The notes under the pieces are model-generated. The model was given only the letters and a program-made list of their open reading frames with translations, was not told the DNA's origin and made no database searches. Below, in pieces: positions 19,536-29,828 of a stretch of DNA of 64,000 nucleotides; the first letter of the stretch is position 1; every line of letters starts with the position of its first letter. The position numbers and the translations under genes were made by a program. The DNA is from an uncultured Chloroflexia bacterium (lineage in GTDB: Bacteria; Chloroflexota; Limnocylindria; QHBO01), in NCBI GenBank assembly GCA_963814375.1, contig CAWFCQ010000002.1:128001-192000 (forward strand). Reading direction: 5' to 3'.

Positions 19536-19684
19536 GCGTCGAAGCCGCTGAAGCGGCGCCACAGCCTCTCCCTTCCTCTCCCCTCACCACGTCCAAGCGT
19601 CGGCCTCGGGGCAGCGGCAAGATCCCGGGCCGGCGTCGAGCGACGCGCTTCGGCGTGGACCAAACTCAGTTGGGAGGGGTCTTC
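19536..19684 (+). promoter_or_regulatory. Structured 5' leader with anti-Shine-Dalgarno
   Basis: CCUCUCCC (19565-72 and 19575-82) is complementary to the SD region GGGAGGGG (19672-79); a three-way junction lies at 19587-19658. Confidence 0.5.
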
Positions 19685-19999
19685 GTGACCTACACCGATC
19701 AGGTGATCACCTGCAGCGACTGCGGAATCGACTTCGTCTTCTCCGCATCCGAGCAGGAGTTCTTCGCGGAGAAGGGATTCTCGTCCGCTCCGAAGCGCTG
19801 CTCGTCCTGCCGGGCGCAGCGTCGTGCCGCCGGGGGCGGCGCAAGCAGCTATGGCAATGGTGGCGGCTACTCGCAGGGCCCGCGCGAGATGCATGACGCC
19901 GTCTGCGCGCGCTGCGGCAACGAGACCCAGGTGCCGTTCCGCCCCACGGGCGCGCGGCCGGTCTACTGCTCCGACTGCTTCCGGATGATGCGCGGCTAG
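19685..19999 (+). CDS. Zinc-ribbon / CxxC-x17-CxxC domain protein
   Basis: ITCSDCGIDFVFSASEQEFFAEKGF..PKRCSSCR, a Gly-rich linker, then AVCARCG.ETQVPFRP...RPVYCSDCF. GTG at 19685 after GGGAGGGG. Confidence 0.92.
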   Translation: MTYTDQVITCSDCGIDFVFSASEQEFFAEKGFSSAPKRCSSCRAQRRAAGGGASSYGNGGGYSQGPREMHDAVCARCGNETQVPFRPTGARPVYCSDCFRMMRG

Positions 20000-20025
20000 C
20001 CCTCGCGCCGTTCGCGACGCCGATG

Positions 20026-20054
20026 ACGGGCGGTCCTTCGGGGCCGCCCGTTTC
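20026..20054 (+). terminator. Intrinsic terminator-like hairpin
   Basis: ACGGGCGGTCC-TTCG-GGGCCGCCCGT followed by TT, downstream of the zinc-ribbon gene. Confidence 0.7.
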
Positions 20055-20157
20055 GCTTGCCCGCCACGTGGCTGGCGGCCGAGACGATCGTTGACGATCA
20101 GGGTCCTATGATGGTGTGCCACGCCCAACGGGCAGACAACTTGCGGAGCACCAGACC

Positions 20158-22047
20158 ATGACCTCCCAGCACGACGAGTGGCGCGAGCTCGGTCAACAGC
20201 TCCGCGTTGACTCGGTCCGATCCAGCAGCGCGGCGGGGAGCGGGCACCCGACGAGCTCGATGTCGGCGGCCGACCTGATGGCCGTGCTGATGTCGAAGCA
20301 CCTTCGCTACGACTTCGGCACGCCGGACGACCCCCGCAACGACCACCTCATCTTCAGCAAGGGTCACGCGTCTCCGCTGCTGTACGCGATGTACAAGGCG
20401 GCGGGCGCGATCAGCGACGACGAGATGCTCACTTTCCGTCGCTTCGGCTCGCGCATCGAAGGCCACCCGACCCCCGTCCTGCCATGGGTCGACGTCGCGA
20501 CCGGATCGCTCGGCCAGGGGCTGCCGATCTCCGTCGGCGTCGCCCTGGCCGGGAAGAAGCTCGACCGGCTGCCGTACCGCGTCTGGTGCCTGTGCGGCGA
20601 CTCGGAGATGGCCGAGGGCTCGATGTGGGAGGCCTTCGAGCACGCGGGCTTCCATCAGCTGGACAATCTCACCGCCATCATCGACGTGAACCGCCTCGGC
20701 CAGACCGGCGAGACGATGCACGGCTGGGACCTCGATGCCTACCGGCGCCGGGCCGAGGCGTTCGGCTGGAAGGCGATCGAGATCGACGGCCATGACGTGG
20801 CAGCCATCGACCGCGCGCTGGTCCGCGCCACCGAGACGACCGGCCAGCCGACCGTCATCATCGCTCGGACCGAGAAGGGCCACGGCGTCAAGGCGGTGGC
20901 CGACCAGCCGGGCAAGCACGGCAAGCCGCTCGACGACCCGGACGCGGCGATCGTCGAGCTCGGCGGCATGCGCGACATTCACGTGGAGGTGCCCAAGCCC
21001 GACACGTCGGCGACGCCGCACGTCTTTGCCACCGTCGCGCTGACGCTGCCGTCGTACGAGCCGGGCACGAAGGAAGCGACGCGCAAGGCCTTCGGCGACG
21101 CCCTCGTTGCGCTCGGGAAGGCACGCGGCGACGTCGTCGCCGTTGATGGCGAGGTCGGCAACAGCACCTACACCGAGCTGTTCGCGACGGAGCTGCCGGA
21201 TCGGTTCTTCCAGTCCTACATCGCGGAGCAGCAGATGATCGCCACCGCGGTCGGGTTCCAGGTGCGCGGCTGGAAGCCCTTCGCCGCGACCTTCGCCGCA
21301 TTCCTCAGCCGCGCCTACGACTTCATCCGGATGGCGGCCGTGAGCCGCGCCAACCTCTCCATCGCCGGCTCGCATGCCGGCGTCAGCATCGGCGAGGACG
21401 GACCATCGCAGATGGCGCTCGAGGACCTGGCGTCCTTCCGCGCGGTGCATGGCTCGACCGTGCTCTACCCCTCGGACCCCAACCAGACGGCGTCGCTTGT
21501 GCCGCAGATGGCCGATCGCGAGGGGATCGTGTTCATGCGGACCACCCGCGAGAAGACCCCGATCCTGTATCCGCCCGGCGAGCCGTTCCACATCGGCGGG
21601 GCTCGCGTCGTCCGCCGCACCGATGACGACGCCGTGACCCTGATCGGCGCCGGGATCACGCTGCACGAGGCGGTGTCGGCCGCCGAGACGCTGGCAGCCG
21701 AAGGGATCGCCGCGCGGGTGGTCGACCTCTACAGCGTCAAGCCGATCGACGCCGAGACGGTGCGCGCCGCCGCTCGGGAGACCGGCGCGATCATCACCGT
21801 CGAGGACCACTGGCCGGAGGGCGGGATCGGCGATGCCGTGCTCGATGCGCTGGCCGAGGAGCAGCCGCACCCGATCGTCGTGAAGCTGGCCGTCCGGGCC
21901 ATGCCCGGCTCGGGCACCCCGGCGGAGCTGCTTGCGGCGGCCGGGATCGACGCCGCCCACATCGCCGATGCCGCGCGCACCCTCGTCGGCCGGGCCGGTG
22001 CCCGCGGGCGCAGCAAGACCGAGGTCGGCTCTGGCCGGCGGGAATGA
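20158..22047 (+). CDS. tkt: Transketolase
   Basis: SGHPTSSMS, SKGHA, EGHPTP, TGSLGQG, GDSEMAEG..WEA, IAEQQM, GEDGPSQ and TVEDHWPEGGIG. Confidence 0.96.
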   Translation: MTSQHDEWRELGQQLRVDSVRSSSAAGSGHPTSSMSAADLMAVLMSKHLRYDFGTPDDPRNDHLIFSKGHASPLLYAMYKAAGAISDDEMLTFRRFGSRIEGHPTPVLPWVDVATGSLGQGLPISVGVALAGKKLDRLPYRVWCLCGDSEMAEGSMWEAFEHAGFHQLDNLTAIIDVNRLGQTGETMHGWDLDAYRRRAEAFGWKAIEIDGHDVAAIDRALVRATETTGQPTVIIARTEKGHGVKAVADQPGKHGKPLDDPDAAIVELGGMRDIHVEVPKPDTSATPHVFATVALTLPSYEPGTKEATRKAFGDALVALGKARGDVVAVDGEVGNSTYTELFATELPDRFFQSYIAEQQMIATAVGFQVRGWKPFAATFAAFLSRAYDFIRMAAVSRANLSIAGSHAGVSIGEDGPSQMALEDLASFRAVHGSTVLYPSDPNQTASLVPQMADREGIVFMRTTREKTPILYPPGEPFHIGGARVVRRTDDDAVTLIGAGITLHEAVSAAETLAAEGIAARVVDLYSVKPIDAETVRAAARETGAIITVEDHWPEGGIGDAVLDALAEEQPHPIVVKLAVRAMPGSGTPAELLAAAGIDAAHIADAARTLVGRAGARGRSKTEVGSGRRE

Positions 22048-22135
22048 AGGAGAGGGCGCGATGACCGGCGCGGACCAGGACCGGCGCGAGGCGGCGGCAG
22101 GCGACCAGGATCAGAAGGCGGGCGAGGTGATCGAG

Positions 22136-23251
22136 ATGGGAGAGCGCAACAACAACCTCCATCGGCTGCATGCCGAGCAGGACCAGAGCCCGTGGATCGA
22201 CTTCATCGACCGCGAGCTGATCGACTCGGGAAAGCTGCGCGCGATGGTCGACGAAGGGATCCGCGGACTCACGAGCAACCCGACCATCTTCGCCAAGGCG
22301 GTGGCGACCGGCCAGTACGACGAGCTCATCCGTCGCGAGATCGACGCCGGCGATGACGCCCGCCAGATCTACGAGGAGATCGCCGTCGCGGACGTCGGCG
22401 ACGCGGCGGATGTGCTGCGCACGGTGTACGACGCCGCGGACGGGACCGATGGCTTCGCCAGCATCGAGGTCGAGCCCGACCTCGCCGAGGACGCCGATGC
22501 AACGTTGGCGCGCGCCCGCGAGCTCTGGTCGCGGCTGGATCGCCCGAACGTCTTCATCAAGATCCCCGCCACCGAGGCCGGAATCCCGGCGATCGAGAAC
22601 GCGATCGCCGAGGGCATCAACGTCAACGTCACCCTCATGTTCAGCGTCGACATCTATCGGCGCGTCGCTCGCGCCTATGTCGCGGGGCTGCGTCGCCGGC
22701 ACGAGAGGGGCGAGGACCTCGCCCGCGTGTCGAGCGTGGCGAGCTTCTTCGTGAGCCGGGTCGACACGAAGGTCGACAAGTACCTCGAGGAGCTCGGAAC
22801 TCGCGAGGCGCTCTCCGCCCGCGGGCGGGCCGCGATTGCGAACGCCAAGATGGCCTACGAGGCGTACGGCGAGATCTTCGGCGGTGACGAGTTCGCCGCG
22901 CTGCGCGCCGCTGGCGCGCGGGTGCAGCGCTGCCTGTGGGCCAGCACGAGCACGAAGAATCCGGATTACCGCGACGTGCTGTACGTCGAGGAGCTCATCG
23001 GTCCCGAGACGGTCGACACCATGCCGCTCGAGACGATCACGGCGTTTCTCGACCATGGCCGCATCGTCCGCACGCTCGACCGCGACGTGGAGGGAGCACG
23101 GCAGGCGATCCGGAACGTCGAGGCCACGGGGATCACGATGGAGCGCGTCACCGGGGAGCTCATCGCGGAGGGAGTCGCCAGCTTCGCCAAGAGCTTCGAC
23201 GAGCTGATCGACACGATCGAGTCGAAGCGCCAGGAGCTCGCCCCGGCATGA
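22136..23251 (+). CDS. tal: Transaldolase (alternative start at 22061)
   Basis: QSPWIDFI, GLTSNPTIF, FIKIPAT, NVNVTLMFS, SFFVSRVD and LWASTSTKNP. Confidence 0.95.
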   Translation: MGERNNNLHRLHAEQDQSPWIDFIDRELIDSGKLRAMVDEGIRGLTSNPTIFAKAVATGQYDELIRREIDAGDDARQIYEEIAVADVGDAADVLRTVYDAADGTDGFASIEVEPDLAEDADATLARARELWSRLDRPNVFIKIPATEAGIPAIENAIAEGINVNVTLMFSVDIYRRVARAYVAGLRRRHERGEDLARVSSVASFFVSRVDTKVDKYLEELGTREALSARGRAAIANAKMAYEAYGEIFGGDEFAALRAAGARVQRCLWASTSTKNPDYRDVLYVEELIGPETVDTMPLETITAFLDHGRIVRTLDRDVEGARQAIRNVEATGITMERVTGELIAEGVASFAKSFDELIDTIESKRQELAPA

Positions 23252-24948
23252 CCGGGCTCGACGCCGCGATCGCGGCGCGGCTCGACGCCTGGACGGCGGA
23301 GCGCGTCGCGGAGCGGCTCTGGGCCAAGGACGGCTCGCTGTGGGCCGCCTCCGGCAAGCCCGCGGAGGAGGTGGCCGCGTGGCTGGGCTGGCTCGACCTG
23401 CCCGAGGCGATGGGCGCGCGGGTCGGTGAGCTCGAGCACCTCGCGCGGGACATCCGCGAGGACGGATACCGACGCGCCGCGGTGCTCGGCATGGGCGGCT
23501 CCAGCCTGGCGCCCGAGCTGTTCAGCCGGGTCTTCGGGTGGGCCGGCGGGCCGGGCGGCAACGGGGCGGCATCGGCCGAGGGGCTCGAGCTGCGCATTCT
23601 CGATTCCACGCACCCGGATGCGGTGCGCGGCTTCCGATCCTGGGCAAGCGCGCAGCGAACACTGTTCTGCGTCAGCTCGAAGTCCGGCTCCACGACCGAG
23701 CCGAATGCCTACCAGGCGGCGATGGCCGAGGTGGCGCCGGCGCTCGACTTCGTCGCCATCACCGATCCGGGCACATCGCTCGCGGAGCTCGCACGCGCCC
23801 AGGAGTTCCGCGCCATCGTCGATGCTCCGCCGGACGTCGGCGGGCGATATTCGGCGCTCACGGTCTTCGGGCTCGTCCCTGCGGCCCTGAACGGTGTCGA
23901 CCTGGGCGGCCTGGTCGGCGCGGCCCAGCGCATGGCCGGGCTGTGCCGCAACCCGAACGCACCCGACAATCCGGGGCTCGCCCTCGGCGCGGCAATCGGC
24001 GAGGCGGCGCTGGCGGGACGCGACAAGCTGACGATCGTCACCTCGCCACGCCTCGCCGCGTTCGGGGACTGGGCCGAGCAGCTCGTGGCCGAGAGCACCG
24101 GCAAGGCCGGCACCGGGATCGTGCCGATCGTGGGCGAGCCGGCGGCGGATGCCGATCGTTACGCGGACGACCGCTATTTCGTCTTCGTCACCCTGGCGGG
24201 GGAGTCGCGCGACGAGCTTGGGGCGCTGGCGGGGCAGCTGATGGAGCGAGGTCATGCGGGAACGCACATCGAGCTGGCCGACCCGCTCGACATAGGCGCC
24301 GAGTTCGTGCGCTGGGAGGTCGCGACGGCGGCGGCCGGAATCGTCCTCGGCATCGACCCGTTCGACCAGCCGAACGTGCAGGAGTCGAAGGACGCCACGA
24401 AGGAGCTGCTCGAGGCATTCCGCACCAACGGCGCACTCCCGCAGCCGATGCCGATCGTCAGCGAGCCCGGCCTCGCGGTGACCGCAGACCCGGCGGGCCT
24501 GGGCGACACGCCGGTAAGCGTGGACGGTGCGATCGGCCATCTGCTCGGCACCGCGCGAGCCGGCCGCGACTATGTCGCGATCCTCGCCTACCTGCCGCCC
24601 GACGCCGCGATCGCAGAACGGCTGCAAGGTGTTCGCGAGCGGATCCGCGACGTGACCGGGGCGGCGACCACGCTCGGCTTCGGGCCGCGGTTCCTCCACT
24701 CGACCGGCCAGCTGCACAAGGGCGGCCCCGACAGCGGCGTCTTCCTCCAGGTCACCGCCGACGCGGCCAAGGATCTGCCGATCCCCGGCTGGAGCGAGTC
24801 GTTCGGTACCCTGATCGCGGCCCAGGCGCTCGGTGACCTCGCCTCGCTCCAGAAGCGCGGCCGCCGTGCCCTGCGCCTCCATCTCGACGACATCGGCTCC
24901 GGCCTCTCGCGGCTGGAGACGATGGTCGACGCGGCGCTATCGGTCTGA
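23248..24948 (+). CDS. pgi: Glucose-6-phosphate isomerase (type found in Tal-Pgi fusions)
   Basis: LGWLDLP, GMGGSSLAPE, SSKSGSTTE, VGGRYSAL, EQLVAESTGK, PFDQPNVQESK and GPRFLHSTGQLHKGG. ATGA overlap with tal. Confidence 0.93.
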   Translation: MTGLDAAIAARLDAWTAERVAERLWAKDGSLWAASGKPAEEVAAWLGWLDLPEAMGARVGELEHLARDIREDGYRRAAVLGMGGSSLAPELFSRVFGWAGGPGGNGAASAEGLELRILDSTHPDAVRGFRSWASAQRTLFCVSSKSGSTTEPNAYQAAMAEVAPALDFVAITDPGTSLAELARAQEFRAIVDAPPDVGGRYSALTVFGLVPAALNGVDLGGLVGAAQRMAGLCRNPNAPDNPGLALGAAIGEAALAGRDKLTIVTSPRLAAFGDWAEQLVAESTGKAGTGIVPIVGEPAADADRYADDRYFVFVTLAGESRDELGALAGQLMERGHAGTHIELADPLDIGAEFVRWEVATAAAGIVLGIDPFDQPNVQESKDATKELLEAFRTNGALPQPMPIVSEPGLAVTADPAGLGDTPVSVDGAIGHLLGTARAGRDYVAILAYLPPDAAIAERLQGVRERIRDVTGAATTLGFGPRFLHSTGQLHKGGPDSGVFLQVTADAAKDLPIPGWSESFGTLIAAQALGDLASLQKRGRRALRLHLDDIGSGLSRLETMVDAALSV

Positions 24949-24976
24949 CGAGACTCAAGGAGGCGACGGGACAACG

Positions 24977-25897
24977 ATGCAGGTCGCGGTAGCGGGGTTG
25001 GGCAGGATGGGGGCCGGCATGGCGCGCCGGGCAGCGCGCGGTGGGCACGACGTGGTGGCCTGGAACCGGACCGAGTCGGTGACGGCCGCGGTCGCTGCCG
25101 AGCCGGAGAACGAGGGGCGGGTCACGGTTGCCGAGCCGCTGGAGCGCATCGTCGCGCTCATGGAAGCGCCACGCCACGTCGTCATCAGCGTTCCATCCGG
25201 TGATGCCACAGACGCGATGATCGAGCAGCTGGCCGGCGTGCTCGAGCCGGGCGACGTCGTGGTCGATGCCGGCAACAGCCGTTTCCACGATTCGAGGCGC
25301 CACGCCGCCGAGCTGGCCGAGCGCGGTCTCGAGTGGCTCGACATGGGCGTCTCCGGCGGAGTATGGGGGCTCGAGGTCGGCTTCTGCGCCATGGTCGGCG
25401 GCAAGCGCGACGTCTTCGAGCGCTTCGAGCCGGTGGTGCGGACGCTGGCGCCCGAGAACGGCTACCTGTACTGCGGTGCTGCCGGCGCCGGCCACTACAC
25501 GAAGATGGTCCACAACGGGATCGAGTACGGGATCATGCAGGCCTACGGCGAGGGCTTCGACATCCTGCACGCCAGCGACTACGACCTCGACCTGGCCGCG
25601 ATCGCCCGCATGTGGAACAACGGTTCGGTGATCCGCTCCTGGCTGCTTGAGCTGGCGGGGAACGCCTTCGAGCGCGAGGGCAACGACCTCGAGCGAATCA
25701 CCGGATTTGTGGCGGACTCGGGGGAGGGACGGTGGACGGTGGCCGAGGCGATCGACCACGACGTGCCGGCGCCGGTCATCACCCTCAGCCTCATCGAGCG
25801 TTTCCGAAGCCGCCGTGCACCGGACTCGTACACCGATCGCGTCCTCGCCGCCCTCCGCAACGAGTTCGGCGGCCACGCGCTCAAGGGCCGCGACTAG
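24977..25897 (+). CDS. gnd: 6-phosphogluconate dehydrogenase, decarboxylating (short type)
   Basis: GLGRMG, VDAGNS, GVSGGVWG, GAGHYTKMVHNGIEY, DSGEGRWT and ALRNEFGGH. Confidence 0.95.
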   Translation: MQVAVAGLGRMGAGMARRAARGGHDVVAWNRTESVTAAVAAEPENEGRVTVAEPLERIVALMEAPRHVVISVPSGDATDAMIEQLAGVLEPGDVVVDAGNSRFHDSRRHAAELAERGLEWLDMGVSGGVWGLEVGFCAMVGGKRDVFERFEPVVRTLAPENGYLYCGAAGAGHYTKMVHNGIEYGIMQAYGEGFDILHASDYDLDLAAIARMWNNGSVIRSWLLELAGNAFEREGNDLERITGFVADSGEGRWTVAEAIDHDVPAPVITLSLIERFRSRRAPDSYTDRVLAALRNEFGGHALKGRD

Positions 25898-25901
25898 GCC
25901 C

Positions 25902-27566
25902 ATGGCGACGCGCACCGCCGAGCCCGCGACCACGCCCGCAGTCGAGCCGGGCGCTGCGGATCGCGGCTCGAAGCAGGGAGACGACCGCGCACCCCGCGTT
26001 GCGGTTGCGCCGCCGGCCCAGCCCAACCCGCTGCGGGAAGGCCTCCGCCACGAGCGGATGGCGGAACCCTGCACCATGGTCATCTGCGGGGCCACCGGTG
26101 ACCTGACCGAGCGCAAGCTGGCGCCGGCGCTCTACAACACCCTGCTGGGCGGATTCCTCCCGCCGGAGTTCACCGTCGTCGGCTTCGCACGCCGCGAGCT
26201 GAGCGACGAGCAGTTCCGCGACCACCTGCTGGGAGGGATCAACAAGTACAGCCGAAACCGTCCGGTCAAGGAGGCGATCTGGGAGTCGATGGCCGGCGCC
26301 ATCGAGTACCACCGCGGCGACTTCAACGATCCCGCCGCCTATGCCGAGCTCGCGAAGCGTCTCGATCGAATCGACCGCGATCGCGGCACCGCCGGAAACC
26401 GCCTCTTCTACCTGGCCGTGCCGCCCAGCCTCTACCCGGAGATCGTGAACCAGCTCGAGCGCGCGGGCCTCGCCGCCCGCGGCGATCAGCGCCGCAGCGG
26501 GTCGAAGCGTGGCTGGACCCGCGTCATCGTCGAGAAGCCGTTCGGGTACGACCTCGAGAGCGCGCAGACGCTCAACCGCGAGATCGCCGAGGTCTTCGAC
26601 GAGGACCAGGTCTATCGGATCGACCACTACCTCGGCAAGGAGACGGTCCAGAACCTGTCCGTCTTCCGCTTCGGCAACGGCCTGTTCGAGCCGATCTGGA
26701 ACCGTCGCTACATCGACTCGGTCCAGATCACCGTGGCCGAGACGGTCGGGGTGGAGGGCCGCGGCGAGTTCTACGACGAGATCGGCGCCCTGCGGGACAT
26801 CGTGCAGAACCACGGGCTCCAGCTCCTAGCCATGTTCGCGATGGAGCCGCCGGTCGAGTTCCGAGCCGAGGACCTGCGCGACGAGAAGCTCAAGGTGCTC
26901 CGAGCCGTCAAGCCGATGGCCGCCGAGGACGTGGCTGCCAACACGGTCCGCGGCCAATACGTTTCCGGCTGGGTCGAGGGAGAGCGGATCACTTCGTACC
27001 GGGATGCGCCGGAGGTGCCACCGGCCTCGGAGACGGAGACGTTCGTCGCCCTCAAGCTGGCGATCGACTCCTGGCGGTGGGCGGGAGTCCCGTTCTACGT
27101 GCGCACCGGCAAGGCGCTGCCGAGCCGCGTCACCGAGATCGCGGTCCAGTTCCGCAGAGCGCCGCTCGCGCTCTTCTCGCGCGCCGGGGTCAGCCAGGTC
27201 GACCCGAACGTCCTCGCCATCCGCGTACAGCCGGACGAGGGCATCCTCCTGCGCTTCGGCGCCAAAGTGCCGGGCCAGGGCCTCCAGATTCGGACGGTGA
27301 ACATGGACTTCCGGTATGGATCGTCCTTCGCGGTCGACTCGCCCGATGCCTACGAGACGCTTCTCCTCGACGCGATGGTCGGAGACGCCAGCCTCTTCAC
27401 TCGAAGCGACGAGGTGGAGCGGGCGTGGTCGATCCTCGATCCGATCCTCCGCACCTGGGCGTCGGGGGAGGGAGGACCTCTCCATTTCTACGGGGCCGGC
27501 ACGTGGGGCCCGCCCGCAGCCGACGAGCTGCTCGAGCGGGACGGGCGCGCCTGGCGCAAGCCGTGA
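25902..27566 (+). CDS. zwf: Glucose-6-phosphate 1-dehydrogenase
   Basis: GATGDL, VEKPFG, RIDHYLGKETVQN, RWAGVPFYVRTGK and DAYETLL. Confidence 0.97.
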   Translation: MATRTAEPATTPAVEPGAADRGSKQGDDRAPRVAVAPPAQPNPLREGLRHERMAEPCTMVICGATGDLTERKLAPALYNTLLGGFLPPEFTVVGFARRELSDEQFRDHLLGGINKYSRNRPVKEAIWESMAGAIEYHRGDFNDPAAYAELAKRLDRIDRDRGTAGNRLFYLAVPPSLYPEIVNQLERAGLAARGDQRRSGSKRGWTRVIVEKPFGYDLESAQTLNREIAEVFDEDQVYRIDHYLGKETVQNLSVFRFGNGLFEPIWNRRYIDSVQITVAETVGVEGRGEFYDEIGALRDIVQNHGLQLLAMFAMEPPVEFRAEDLRDEKLKVLRAVKPMAAEDVAANTVRGQYVSGWVEGERITSYRDAPEVPPASETETFVALKLAIDSWRWAGVPFYVRTGKALPSRVTEIAVQFRRAPLALFSRAGVSQVDPNVLAIRVQPDEGILLRFGAKVPGQGLQIRTVNMDFRYGSSFAVDSPDAYETLLLDAMVGDASLFTRSDEVERAWSILDPILRTWASGEGGPLHFYGAGTWGPPAADELLERDGRAWRKP

Positions 27567-28834
27567 CCGAGCACGTGCCGAGCACGATGGAGGAGCAGGC
27601 GGTTCATCGGCGCCTCATGCGCTTCGGTGAGCACGCGAGCCTCGCCACCCCGATGTGGGAGGACCGTGACACGAGCGTCGGCGCGGTTGCGGCGCACCTC
27701 GCCTCGCTGTGGGATGCACAGGATGCCGGCGAGGACGGCGATCGGCTGGTGACCGAGAAGGGCCTGCCCCACGCACGCGCCTCGGTCCTCAACCTGATCG
27801 TCAGCGTCGTGGACGACGCGGCCGCGGGCCGGGTCGTCCACACCCTGCTCGGCCTGGGCGTGCGCCATCCTTCCCGCGCCATCGTCCTGGTACCCGAGCC
27901 GGCGGCCGCCGGGGCGCCGCTCGACGCGCGCATCAGCACCCACTGCAACGAGGCTTCCGAGGACGGCGAGCGGGTCTGCTACGAGGAGGTCGTGCTGACC
28001 GTTCGCGGAGAGGCCGCCCATCACCTCGCCGGGATCGTGTCGCCGGTGCTGATCCACGATCTGCCGACGCACGTCTGGTGGCCGGGTGACCCACCCTTCC
28101 ACGACCCGGTGTTCGACCAGCTGGTGGAGCTCGGTGACCGGGTGCTCTTCGACTCGGCCGACTTCGCGGACCTGCTGGGCGGCCTGAGGCGCCTCGGCAG
28201 CCTGCGCCGTTCCAGTGGCGTGGGTGACATCAGCTGGGAGCGCCTCTCGTGGTGGCAGGAGCTGACCGCCCAGTTCTTCGATGCGCCACGCTTCCGACGC
28301 TACCTGCCGAACCTCAGCCGGCTGCGGATCCGCTACGCGGTCGAGGCGGCGGGGACCGGCGCGCCACCGGACCACGACGTCGTGCCCGGCGTCTCCTCGC
28401 CGATGGCCCAGGCCCTCCTGTATGCCGGCTGGATCGCGACACGGCTCGGTTGGCGACGGCATGCCACCATCGAGCCACTCGCGCGCGGGGCGTTTCGGCT
28501 GCGCCTCGAGGGCAGGCACGAGATGGTCGAGCTGCTGATCGAGCCGGAGGAGACGGCCGCAGTGCGCCCCGGAGAGCTGCTCTCGGTTCGCCTGCGGTCG
28601 CTGGGCGAGACCGGTGCCGCCGAGTTCATCATCGACCGCGACGGTGACGACGCGATGGTCGCCACCAACGCCGACGGCATGACCGCCCTGCTCCGGCGCG
28701 TGGCGATGGAGGCGCCCGACGAGGCGGAGCTGCTCAGCTCGCAGCTGACGATGGACGTCGTCGACCCGGTGTACGAGGCGGCCCTGCGAGCCGGCGCCAT
28801 CCTGCTGGCCTCTGCGCGGGAGCCGGCCACGTGA
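27563..28834 (+). CDS. opcA: G6PDH assembly/activator protein OpcA
   Basis: Directly after zwf; HPSRAIVL, HDLPTHVWWPG, DISWERLSWWQELTAQFFD and LLYAGWIATRLGW. Confidence 0.88.
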   Translation: MTEHVPSTMEEQAVHRRLMRFGEHASLATPMWEDRDTSVGAVAAHLASLWDAQDAGEDGDRLVTEKGLPHARASVLNLIVSVVDDAAAGRVVHTLLGLGVRHPSRAIVLVPEPAAAGAPLDARISTHCNEASEDGERVCYEEVVLTVRGEAAHHLAGIVSPVLIHDLPTHVWWPGDPPFHDPVFDQLVELGDRVLFDSADFADLLGGLRRLGSLRRSSGVGDISWERLSWWQELTAQFFDAPRFRRYLPNLSRLRIRYAVEAAGTGAPPDHDVVPGVSSPMAQALLYAGWIATRLGWRRHATIEPLARGAFRLRLEGRHEMVELLIEPEETAAVRPGELLSVRLRSLGETGAAEFIIDRDGDDAMVATNADGMTALLRRVAMEAPDEAELLSSQLTMDVVDPVYEAALRAGAILLASAREPAT

Positions 28835-29559
28835 CGGACTTCACCGTCGTCCCGAACGCGGCCGATGTGTGCCGGACGACTGCCGACCGCTTCGTCGAGG
28901 CGGCGAACGAGGCGATCGAGGAGCGCGGAATCTTCCGCGTCGCCCTCTCCGGCGGCAGCACCCCGAAGCAGGTCTACCCGCTGCTCCTCGAGCCGAAGCG
29001 GCGGGACGCGATCGACTGGAGCTCGGTGGAGTTCTTCTGGGGCGATGAGCGCGCCGTCCCGCCGGACCATCCCGAGTCCAACTTCGGCACGGCCTACGGG
29101 CTCCTCATCGCGCACCTGCCGGAGGTGCGCCCGGATCGGGTCCACCGGATGCCGGCGGAGGCGGAGGATCTCGACGCTGCCGCGCTGAGCTACGAGAGCG
29201 AGGTCCGTCTTGCATTCGGCGCGCGAGGTGACGAACCGCCCGCGTTCGACCTGATCTGCCTCGGCATGGGGCCGGACGGCCATACCGCCAGCCTCTTCCC
29301 GGGCTCGACCGCGGTGCGCGAGGGTGCGCGCTGGGTGGTCGCCACCTGGGCGCCCGCGCTCGACACCTGGCGCATGACGTTCACCTTCCCCCTGATCGCC
29401 GCCGCCCGCCGGGTCATCTTCAGCGTGATGGGGTCGAACAAGGCCGATGCGCTGTCCGCCATTCGCCAGGGTCCGTCAGATCTGCCGGCCGCACGGGTGC
29501 GCGCCGAGCGGGTCGGGTGGATCGTCGACGCTGCAGCCGCTGGCGAGCAAGCCGCCTGA
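28831..29559 (+). CDS. pgl: 6-phosphogluconolactonase
   Basis: ALSGGSTP, WGDERAVPPDHPESN and LGMGPDGHTASLFPG. Confidence 0.95.
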   Translation: MTDFTVVPNAADVCRTTADRFVEAANEAIEERGIFRVALSGGSTPKQVYPLLLEPKRRDAIDWSSVEFFWGDERAVPPDHPESNFGTAYGLLIAHLPEVRPDRVHRMPAEAEDLDAAALSYESEVRLAFGARGDEPPAFDLICLGMGPDGHTASLFPGSTAVREGARWVVATWAPALDTWRMTFTFPLIAAARRVIFSVMGSNKADALSAIRQGPSDLPAARVRAERVGWIVDAAAAGEQAA

Positions 29560-29561
29560 CG

Positions 29562-29825
29562 ATGCCCGCGATCGCCTGGCTGCTGGCCGCCCTCGCGAGC
29601 GGGGCCGCCGCGTACCTCGTCGGCTGGCCGGCATGGCGGTCCTATCGCTCCCGCGATGCGGTCGACTCGAACAGCGAGCGTTATCTCGCCTGGCGCGGGC
29701 GCGCATCGCATGAGCCGCGTCCCCGGGAGGGGATGACCGGCGAGGAGCGCCGGCGCGTCTACGCCGGTGTCGTGCTGGGCATCGCCGCGGCCGCCGCGCT
29801 CATCGCGTTCTTCGCAACCAGCTGA
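29562..29825 (+). CDS. Small two-TM hypothetical membrane protein
   Basis: ATG 2 nt after the pgl stop; two hydrophobic segments flank NSERYLAWRGRA. Confidence 0.6.
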   Translation: MPAIAWLLAALASGAAAYLVGWPAWRSYRSRDAVDSNSERYLAWRGRASHEPRPREGMTGEERRRVYAGVVLGIAAAAALIAFFATS

Positions 29826-29828
29826 CCG

